A DNA stretch of 64,000 nucleotides from a virus (IMGVR_UViG_3300027804_000001:32001-96000), one strand, 5' to 3'. Counted from the first letter of the stretch, positions 21,608-27,090 are shown. The notes: a model not told the origin generated them from the letters alone. Made by a program: numbers and translations.

Positions 21608-21979
21608 TTAGTAGAGAATTTGCTTATTTTTTTCAAATATTTTGTATCCAAAGTCAATTCTTGTTTTAACTTGAGGTATTGAGAATTTTACAATTTCTTC
21701 TATCTCAATTATTAATTCGTTGTTTTCTCCTTTTAATTTTGAATTATCGTCGAAATATATATAACGATTTTTATCAAAATCTTTTCTCATTTTTTCATAT
21801 AAAACTTCATAATTTATTAATTCACAAACCATTTTTTCCATATGTAATAAATGAGGTGAAAGTTTTTTTAAAAGAAACGAGTTGTCAACTTTTTGTAGGT
21901 AGGCAAGTAAAACATATTGTTTTTGTTCAAAGTCAATCGGTGATTCCATATACCATGTAAGTGCTAGTTGATTCAACAT
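21608..21979 (-). CDS. Hypothetical protein
   Basis: 123-aa ORF. Confidence 0.75.
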   Translation of the reverse strand: MLNQLALTWYMESPIDFEQKQYVLLAYLQKVDNSFLLKKLSPHLLHMEKMVCELINYEVLYEKMRKDFDKNRYIYFDDNSKLKGENNELIIEIEEIVKFSIPQVKTRIDFGYKIFEKNKQILY

Positions 21980-22036
21980 TAAAATACTTTTTTATAAATA
22001 TTTTTAAATTTTCTTGTATTTTCATATACTTATTGT

Positions 22037-22044
22037 TATCTTTG
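22037..22044 (+). promoter_or_regulatory. Bacteroidota -7 element for tRNA unit 1
   Basis: TATCTTTG upstream of the leader ORF. Confidence 0.7.
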
Positions 22045-22069
22045 TTAGAGATTTAAATAAAAAAGTTCG

Positions 22070-22174
22070 ATGAAACAAGTAAAACATATTATGCACTCGT
22101 TTACAATCTGTTCAAAATGGGCGGATGAGCGTGTTATGCTTTTGTCTCGAACTGAAGATATTAATAAGGGCTAA
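22070..22174 (+). CDS. Attenuator leader peptide 1 (34 aa)
   Basis: MKQVKHIMHSFTICSKWADERVMLLSRTEDINKG; 3' part carries the antiterminator strand. Confidence 0.75.
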   Translation: MKQVKHIMHSFTICSKWADERVMLLSRTEDINKG

Positions 22175-22230
22175 ATAAAGATTGGCTTTAAATATTCAGA
22201 ACCTCGGGACAAAATCTCGGGGTTTTTTGT
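22140..22230 (+). promoter_or_regulatory. Transcription attenuator 1 (antiterminator/terminator)
   Basis: Terminator AACCTCGGGA/TCTCGGGGTT plus T tract (22200-22230); TTTTGTCTCGA (22140-22150) pairs with TCGGGACAAAA (22204-22214); CTGAA pairs with TTCAG. Confidence 0.8.
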
Positions 22231-22234
22231 TTTT

Positions 22235-22307
22235 GGGCCGGATGTCAATGGCAGACCACCTGATTTGCAATCAGAGTGAATGGGTTCGATTCCCAACGCG
22301 TCCACCA
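22235..22307 (+). tRNA. tRNA-Ala(TGC), atypical acceptor stem
   Basis: Anticodon loop TTTGCAA, G3:U70, encoded CCA; C:C and G:G mismatches at pairs 5-6. Confidence 0.7.
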
Positions 22308-22368
22308 ACCCCCGAGTTTAGGAGCTGGTATCTCCGTTTCTCGATATAACTGAAAAACTACCACACAT

Positions 22369-22441
22369 TCTTAGGTAGCTCAATGGTGAGAGCATCCGTC
22401 TGATACGCGGAAGGTTGATGGTTCGAGTCCATCTCTAAGAA
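22369..22441 (+). tRNA. tRNA-Ile(GAT)
   Basis: Full cloverleaf, loop CTGATAC. Confidence 0.92.
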
Positions 22442-22446
22442 CAATA

Positions 22447-22519
22447 GGAGATGAAGCTAACTTAGTAGAAGCGAAGGACTGAAAATCCTTAGGAGTTGGA
22501 GCGTAACCAACTATCTCCA
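22447..22519 (+). tRNA. tRNA-Phe(GAA), non-canonical T-loop
   Basis: AAGGA-CTGAAAA-TCCTT; T-loop AGCGTAA. Confidence 0.85.
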
Positions 22520-22524
22520 CAATT

Positions 22525-22598
22525 GACCTCTTAGCTCAGTTGGTTAGAGCACCTCACTTTTAATGAGGGAGTCCGCAGTTCGAGTCTGCGAGGGGTCA
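22525..22598 (+). tRNA. tRNA-Lys(TTT)
   Basis: Full cloverleaf, loop CTTTTAA. Confidence 0.95.
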
Positions 22599-22604
22599 CA
22601 ATAC

Positions 22605-22675
22605 ATGGGTGTGGTGCAATGGTAGCATTCCGGTCTCCAAAACCGTCGATGGGAGTTCGAATCTCTCCACCCGTG
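22605..22675 (+). tRNA. tRNA-Trp(CCA)
   Basis: Loop CTCCAAA, G73. Confidence 0.92.
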
Positions 22676-22693
22676 CAAAAATTAAATAAATGT

Positions 22694-22764
22694 GGTCTCA
22701 TAGTTTAATGGAAAAACGTCTCGCTACGGACGAGATGATTGGGGTTCGAATCCCTGTGAGACCT
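22694..22764 (+). tRNA. tRNA-Arg(ACG)
   Basis: TCTCG-CTACGGA-CGAGA. Confidence 0.92.
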
Positions 22765-22796
22765 CTGTTCATTGTTCGAGAACAAAGAACAAATAA

Positions 22797-22867
22797 GTCA
22801 GGTTGGCCGAGTGGTTAGGCTGAGGTCTGCAAAACCTCCTACATTGGTTCGAATCCAATACTTGACT
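22797..22867 (+). tRNA. tRNA-Cys(GCA)
   Basis: GAGGT-CTGCAAA-ACCTC, U73. Confidence 0.93.
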
Positions 22868-22869
22868 CT

Positions 22870-22945
22870 GTGATAGATGTTCGTATGGTAGAACCCAAGA
22901 TTGTGGCTCTTGGATTAGCGGGTTCGAATCCCGTCTATCACCCCA
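22870..22945 (+). tRNA. tRNA-His(GTG)
   Basis: Loop TTGTGGC; encoded G-1:C73. Confidence 0.9.
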
Positions 22946-22946
22946 T

Positions 22947-23018
22947 TGTGGGGAGGTTAGGTAACCCGTTTGGTCTCATAAGCCAGATATTCAGGTTCGA
23001 TTCCTGGCCCCGCAACCA
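22947..23018 (+). tRNA. tRNA-Met(CAT), probably elongator; short D-arm
   Basis: Loop CTCATAA, paired position 1:72, encoded CCA. Confidence 0.75.
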
Positions 23019-23059
23019 AAAAAAGATTAAAAATATTTTGTGATTTCACAATTTATTCT

Positions 23060-23067
23060 TATCTTTG
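23060..23067 (+). promoter_or_regulatory. Internal -7 promoter ahead of tRNA-fMet
   Basis: TATCTTTG; palindrome TTGTGATTTCACAA at 23038-23051 over the -33 region. Confidence 0.65.
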
Positions 23068-23077
23068 TAAAACAAAT

Positions 23078-23149
23078 CGCGAGATAGAGCAGCGGTAGCT
23101 CGGAAGGCTCATAACCTTTAGGTCGGGGGTTCGATTCCCTCTCTCGCAA
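23078..23149 (+). tRNA. tRNA-fMet(CAT)
   Basis: C1:A72 mismatch, loop CTCATAA. Confidence 0.88.
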
Positions 23150-23233
23150 CACTTGAGACTAACTCAACGAGGCTTTTGTCAACCAGAGCATGACTTGGAT
23201 GGTGCAGATTGAAGGTGGGTTAGAATCATTTTT

Positions 23234-23307
23234 GGTTTCTTGGTGTAGTGGCCTAACATGCCTCCCTGTCACGGAGGAGACCACGGGTTCGAATCCCGTA
23301 GGAACCG
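23234..23307 (+). tRNA. tRNA-Asp(GTC)
   Basis: CCTCC-CTGTCAC-GGAGG, G73. Confidence 0.95.
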
Positions 23308-23310
23308 CAA

Positions 23311-23472
23311 GTTGTTTCATACACTTAACACGCTTAGTAACAAAGCAAGGTACATAGAGTTACATAGAAGCATGGAGTGATTACCCGACGCTACATTCGG
23401 ACTACAAATGTGATTAGGTTCAGTCGTTGTAGAGAAAGAGATGTTAAGAGTAAACTTGCAAGTTGAAACAAC
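23311..23472 (+). ncRNA. Unidentified structured RNA between tRNA-Asp and tRNA-Ser
   Basis: Closing stems GTTGTTTCA/TGAAACAAC and CTTAACA/TGTTAAG, plus internal hairpins. Confidence 0.55.
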
Positions 23473-23476
23473 GATT

Positions 23477-23564
23477 GGAGAGATGGCAGAGTTGGCCGAT
23501 TGCGTCAGTCTTGAAAACTGAAGAACGGGAAACTGTTCCGTGGGTTCGAATCCTACTCTCTCCG
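23477..23564 (+). tRNA. tRNA-Ser(TGA)
   Basis: Long variable arm, loop CTTGAAA. Confidence 0.95.
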
Positions 23565-23569
23565 CACTT

Positions 23570-23641
23570 GCTCGGTTCGACTAGTGGTCAGGTCGCGTCC
23601 CTTTCACGGACGTAGCACGGGTTCGAATCCCGTACCGAGTA
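23570..23641 (+). tRNA. tRNA-Glu(TTC)
   Basis: CGTCC-CTTTCAC-GGACG. Confidence 0.95.
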
Positions 23642-23699
23642 CAAAAATTTTTTTATTATTTAAACTTTTTATATATTCACATATACTTATAAAACAGAG

Positions 23700-23804
23700 A
23701 TGAAGAATTTGAATAACATATCAACACTTAGTACGAGACCAGTTAATGGTAATGGGTATGGTGTGCAACCGTTATGTTACTCAAGTTCGGATTTCAAAAT
23801 GTAA
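23700..23804 (+). CDS. Attenuator leader peptide 2 (34 aa)
   Basis: MKNLNNISTLSTRPVNGNGYGVQPLCYSSSDFKM; 3' part carries the antiterminator strand. Confidence 0.75.
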   Translation: MKNLNNISTLSTRPVNGNGYGVQPLCYSSSDFKM

Positions 23805-23862
23805 GATTCAATCTACCTAAGATATCGAAACCCGAACTCAACAAAAAAGTTCGGGTTTTTTG
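23784..23862 (+). promoter_or_regulatory. Transcription attenuator 2 (antiterminator/terminator)
   Basis: Terminator AAACCCGAACT/AGTTCGGGTTT plus T tract; AGTTCGGATTTC (23784-23795) pairs 11/12 with GAAACCCGAACT (23827-23838). Confidence 0.82.
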
Positions 23863-23895
23863 TTTTAGTAATTTTTTATTCTTATATTTTATTAG

Positions 23896-23907
23896 GTTCT
23901 TTGACAT
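23896..23907 (+). promoter_or_regulatory. boxA-like antitermination element
   Basis: GTTCTTTGACAT just upstream of tRNA-Leu; recurs at 27150 and 29548. Confidence 0.55.
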
Positions 23908-23920
23908 TGTGGGAAAATTT

Positions 23921-24005
23921 GCCGAGGTGATGGAATGGTAGACATGACAGACTTAAAATCTGTTGGGACGAAAGTCCCGTGCGGGTTCGACTCCCGCTCT
24001 CGGTA
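23921..24005 (+). tRNA. tRNA-Leu(TAA)
   Basis: ACAGA-CTTAAAA-TCTGT, long variable arm. Confidence 0.95.
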
Positions 24006-24044
24006 CAAACACTATCGTTCTTTGGAAATAAAGGAGAAAATAAT

Positions 24045-24290
24045 ATGGATATATTATCATTTATTTTAGGAATGTCCGTTGTGGTGGTTATCGCGGTTGC
24101 GGTAGTTGCTGTAATGGCCTTTGTTAAGGTGAGAAAACATAACAAAGAAATTGATGAAATTCATCAAATAATCGGAAGAGAAATTGATGTACAAAACAGA
24201 GAGCGTGAAACAATTGTTCAAGACATATATCGAACACTAGATTCACGACTTGATAAACTTGAAAGTAAATTAAACAGCCGTAAGGCATAA
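24045..24290 (+). CDS. 81-aa single-TM coiled-coil protein inside the tRNA array
   Basis: Start refined to 24045 after AAGGAG; N-terminal hydrophobic helix; flanked by inverted repeats. Confidence 0.75.
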   Translation: MDILSFILGMSVVVVIAVAVVAVMAFVKVRKHNKEIDEIHQIIGREIDVQNRERETIVQDIYRTLDSRLDKLESKLNSRKA

Positions 24291-24329
24291 CAATTAAATA
24301 AAAAACTTTCAAAGACGATAGTGTTAATT

Positions 24330-24404
24330 GGTCTGATAGTTAAACGGATATAACAACTCTCTTCTAAAGAGTAATTCGTGGTTCGATTCCACGTCGGACT
24401 ACCA
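24330..24404 (+). tRNA. tRNA-Arg(TCT)
   Basis: ACTCT-CTTCTAA-AGAGT, encoded CCA. Confidence 0.93.
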
Positions 24405-24406
24405 TT

Positions 24407-24480
24407 CGGGATTTAGTACAGTCCGGTAGTATGCTTGGTTTGGGACCAAGAGGTCGTAGGTTCGAATCCTGCAATCCCGA
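24407..24480 (+). tRNA. tRNA-Pro(TGG)
   Basis: CTTGG-TTTGGGA-CCAAG. Confidence 0.95.
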
Positions 24481-24485
24481 CACTT

Positions 24486-24557
24486 GTCTTCTTAGCTCAG
24501 CGGTAGAGCATCTCGCTGTTAACGAGAGGGTCCAAGGTTCGAAACCTTGAGAGGACG
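24486..24557 (+). tRNA. tRNA-Asn(GTT)
   Basis: TCTCG-CTGTTAA-CGAGA, G73. Confidence 0.93.
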
Positions 24558-24563
24558 CAAATT

Positions 24564-24647
24564 GGCCGAGTGGTGGAATGGTAGACACGTTGGTCTTAGG
24601 AACCAATGTTGAAAAACGTGAGAGTTCGAATCTCTCCTTGGTCACCA
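24564..24647 (+). tRNA. tRNA-Leu(TAG)
   Basis: TTGGT-CTTAGGA-ACCAA, long variable arm, CCA. Confidence 0.95.
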
Positions 24648-24653
24648 ATAAAA

Positions 24654-24734
24654 TGGGGTATCGCATAGTGGCAATTGCGGGGGACTGTAAATCCCCTCTC
24701 ATTGAGTTCGGCGGTTCGAGTCCGTCTACCCCAA
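24654..24734 (+). tRNA. tRNA-Tyr(GTA)
   Basis: GGGGA-CTGTAAA-TCCCC, long variable arm. Confidence 0.92.
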
Positions 24735-24740
24735 CAAATT

Positions 24741-24814
24741 GGACTCGTAGCTCAGTTGGTCAGAGCAGGGCACTCATAATGCCAAGGTCGGGGGATCGTG
24801 ACCCTCCGGGTCCA
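24741..24814 (+). tRNA. tRNA(CAT), probably Ile2 (lysidine, reads ATA); non-canonical T-loop
   Basis: Loop CTCATAA, GGACTCG acceptor resembling Ile-type tRNAs, A73; T-loop ATCGTGA. Ile2 vs Met is inference. Confidence 0.7.
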
Positions 24815-24818
24815 CAAT

Positions 24819-24893
24819 AGAAGATTAGCTCAGAGGAAGAGCATTTGGTTTACATCCAAAGGGTCGGGATTTCAAAATTCTCATCTTCTACCA
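24819..24893 (+). tRNA. tRNA-Val(TAC), atypical T-arm
   Basis: TTTGG-TTTACAT-CCAAA; T-loop TTCAAAA; CCA. Confidence 0.85.
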
Positions 24894-24919
24894 AACTCGG
24901 AAGTAAAAACGAGACAAAT

Positions 24920-24995
24920 GCGGAAGTAGCTCATTAGGTAGAGCGTCTGCTTGCCAAGCAGAAGGTGGCCAGTTCGAGCCTGGTCTTCCGCTCCA
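24920..24995 (+). tRNA. tRNA-Gly(GCC)
   Basis: TCTGC-TTGCCAA-GCAGA, U73, CCA. Confidence 0.95.
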
Positions 24996-24998
24996 CAA

Positions 24999-25072
24999 GC
25001 TTCCTTAGCTCAGCAGGCCAGAGCACGTGATTTGTAATCTCGGGGTCGTCAGTTCGATTCTGACAGGAAGCT
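24999..25072 (+). tRNA. tRNA-Thr(TGT)
   Basis: Loop TTTGTAA. Confidence 0.92.
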
Positions 25073-25130
25073 CAAAAGGACTTTAATGGTTGAAGTACAA
25101 AACTGACGTAGGTTAGTCCCACCTACAAAT

Positions 25131-25202
25131 GCAGATGTCGTATAATGGCTATTACTCCATCCTTCCAAGTTGGAGACGAAGGTTCGATTCCTTTCATCTG
25201 CT
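25131..25202 (+). tRNA. tRNA-Gly(TCC)
   Basis: Loop CTTCCAA, U73. Confidence 0.92.
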
Positions 25203-25265
25203 CAATCATCAAAGAGACCGCTAAATCGAGTTAGTGAAAATCTACATTCTCAATGATGATTATTC

Positions 25266-25336
25266 TGTCCTTTAGTATAACGGTAGTACAGGTGGTTTTG
25301 GTCCATCTAGTTGGGGTTCGAATCCCTGAGGGACAA
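25266..25336 (+). tRNA. tRNA-Gln(TTG)
   Basis: GGTGG-TTTTGGT-CCATC, U1-A72. Confidence 0.92.
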
Positions 25337-25337
25337 C

Positions 25338-25577
25338 ATGGAATTAATAGCATACATAGGTGGAATATTACTTACAATTTGTGGTATACCTGAAGTCATT
25401 AGAACAATTAAAGATAAACGATGTCACTTAGGGTGGCCATTTTTATTATTATGGTTTTTTGGTGAGGTGTTTATGTTAATATATTCGGTTGATTTAAAAA
25501 GTTATCCATTAATAATGAATTATCTTTTTAATACCATTATTGTTGGGGTTATGTTATATTATAAAATAAAAAAATAA
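25338..25577 (+). CDS. PQ-loop / SemiSWEET-like 3-TM transporter
   Basis: Start refined to MELIAYIGG; ICGIPEVIRTIK PQ-loop-like motif, three TM helices, conserved N in TM3. Confidence 0.65.
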   Translation: MELIAYIGGILLTICGIPEVIRTIKDKRCHLGWPFLLLWFFGEVFMLIYSVDLKSYPLIMNYLFNTIIVGVMLYYKIKK

Positions 25578-25590
25578 AATAAAATAAACT

Positions 25591-25890
25591 ATGTGGTTAT
25601 ATGTCTTAGTATTTTTCTTTCAAGTTTTATTCAATGTTTTTAAAACTATGGAGATAAAATACACTTATGAGAATAAAGTTAAACAACTTGTGTTTAATTC
25701 GGTATGGATAAATCTTGTATCATTAGGTTCAACTTATTTTGCACTTGATAGATTATTTGCCAAAGATTGGACGGTTATTATTGTTTATATAAGTGGTAGT
25801 GTTTTTGGTAAATGGTGGGCAATGACACACTTTGTAAATTATGAAAATAAATTTTACGAATTTTTAAATAAAAGAAAAACAAAAAAATAA
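25591..25890 (+). CDS. Small multi-TM protein (DUF5698/UPF0316-like)
   Basis: Three hydrophobic segments, YISGSVFGKW-type motif. Confidence 0.5.
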   Translation: MWLYVLVFFFQVLFNVFKTMEIKYTYENKVKQLVFNSVWINLVSLGSTYFALDRLFAKDWTVIIVYISGSVFGKWWAMTHFVNYENKFYEFLNKRKTKK

Positions 25891-25893
25891 AAT

Positions 25894-26127
25894 ATGTATT
25901 TAACATTTCACATTATCTGTATCATTTATTGTATGTATCAACTAATAAAAAAATACAATAAATTATCAAATCCCGGTATGATTGGTGTATCTCCTGGTTT
26001 AGAGACCATTATGGTCATTGTATTAGCTCCTGCACTTGCAATTGTTGATGTATCATTAACATGGATTCGTTGGTATAAAGAAGCCGAAGAAGCTAGAAGA
26101 AGAAATGACGAAAGAAAAATTTTTTAG
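25894..26127 (+). CDS. Small membrane protein
   Basis: 77 aa; stop codon abuts tRNA-Ser. Confidence 0.65.
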   Translation: MYLTFHIICIIYCMYQLIKKYNKLSNPGMIGVSPGLETIMVIVLAPALAIVDVSLTWIRWYKEAEEARRRNDERKIF

Positions 26128-26212
26128 GAGAGTTACCCAAGTTGGTGAAGGGGGCAGTTTGCTAAACTGTTAGGGTGTTAAAGCCGCGAGGGTTCGAGCC
26201 CCTCACTCTCCG
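26127..26212 (+). tRNA. tRNA-Ser(GCT)
   Basis: GCAGT-TTGCTAA-ACTGT, long variable arm, G73. Confidence 0.93.
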
Positions 26213-26217
26213 CAAAT

Positions 26218-26387
26218 TGTAGTGTGTTGAAAAACGATTGACACGCGTGTCAATCTGGCAGACAAGCCCTCCTGTCTCGGGGGTGTGGATAACGAAATAG
26301 ATTGGTAATATGGGGTAGACCACCATCCTGCAGGAATGTGTTATCAATTGAATCGCCTCGTGGATGGTTCGAATCCTCCCACTACAG
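26218..26387 (+). ncRNA. 170-nt expanded tRNA-Asp(GTC)-like RNA
   Basis: Acceptor TGTAGTG/CACTACA + G73; anticodon arm CCCTC-CTGTCTC-GGGGG; GGTTCGAATCC T-loop; hairpin insertions in D-loop and variable region. Confidence 0.7.
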
Positions 26388-26415
26388 CTAAAATAATTAT
26401 AGTAAATGAAATGAA

Positions 26416-26877
26416 ATGAAACAATTTAGAACTCTCTATGGGACAAATATTCCTAACTTGATTGAGTATGTTAGAGAATACATCTCAACAAGAGAGAACG
26501 TAGAAATTCTCATCGGATCTGACTCACAATGTTATGGAAATAAGAAAACCATTTATGGTGTTGTAATAGCATTATATACACCAGGGAAAGGTGCACATGT
26601 TTTATGTACTCGTGAGACAACTTCGATGGAATATAATACACCATCTAGATTGTTAAATGAGGTTTGGAAATCTATTGAAATTGCGGAATGGTTAAAAGAA
26701 AATGGATTACCTAAACCTACATGGATTGATATTGATTTAAATCCTGACCCAAAGTATAAATCTAATTCCGTATTAAGACAGGCAGTTGGTTTAGTCGAGG
26801 GTATGGGATATAAAGTTAGGTATAAACACTTAGGTGCGTTAACAACATATGCTGCTAATCATTTAGTACGTATTTAA
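26416..26877 (+). CDS. YkuK-like RNase H-fold protein (DUF458)
   Basis: ILIGSDSQ, RLLNEVWKSIEIA, IDIDLNPD, AANHL motifs. Confidence 0.75.
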   Translation: MKQFRTLYGTNIPNLIEYVREYISTRENVEILIGSDSQCYGNKKTIYGVVIALYTPGKGAHVLCTRETTSMEYNTPSRLLNEVWKSIEIAEWLKENGLPKPTWIDIDLNPDPKYKSNSVLRQAVGLVEGMGYKVRYKHLGALTTYAANHLVRI

Positions 26878-26907
26878 AAATAATAATAAATTATTTATAT
26901 TTTTAAT

Positions 26908-27090
26908 ATGGGATACACTAACTCTGATTTAATGGAAGAGATTATGATTCTTTCTTTTGAAGAAGGAATTATTAATGATGTGAGAGAAGAGGTAATGAGG
27001 ATATTAAATAATAATCAAACTTTACCTTTATACGAAATATATGAAATGGCGTATAATAAAATCTCGAAAAAAAATTTTAAAAATAATTGA
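26908..27090 (+). CDS. Hypothetical protein
   Basis: 60-aa ORF. Confidence 0.6.
   Translation: MGYTNSDLMEEIMILSFEEGIINDVREEVMRILNNNQTLPLYEIYEMAYNKISKKNFKNN

Noticed and set aside
22311-22363. Fluoride riboswitch resemblance (GGAG-TGGTA-CTCC)
   Set aside because: Lacks the conserved 3' CUGAUGA..CUAC element and no regulated gene follows.
23038-23051. TTGTGATTTCACAA palindrome as a CRP-like operator
   Set aside because: Single occurrence with wrong spacing for CRP; noted only within the promoter feature.
23150-23233. Spacer after tRNA-fMet as another ncRNA
   Set aside because: Only short alternative helices (TTGAG/CTCAA, CTAAC/GTTAG); no convincing closed fold.
25078-25130. Pistol ribozyme resemblance
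   Set aside because: Only the P1 hairpin looks similar; the pseudoknot partner is upstream and the core is missing.
23882-26347. ORFs 23882..24145, 24124..24312, 24364..24702, 24578..24820, 26162..26347 and the 23979 and 25311 start extensions
   Set aside because: They overlap clear tRNA cloverleafs or the real ORF; spurious.
26218-26387. Intron-containing tRNA
   Set aside because: Insertions are in the D-loop and variable arm, not the anticodon loop, and are too short for group I/II cores.
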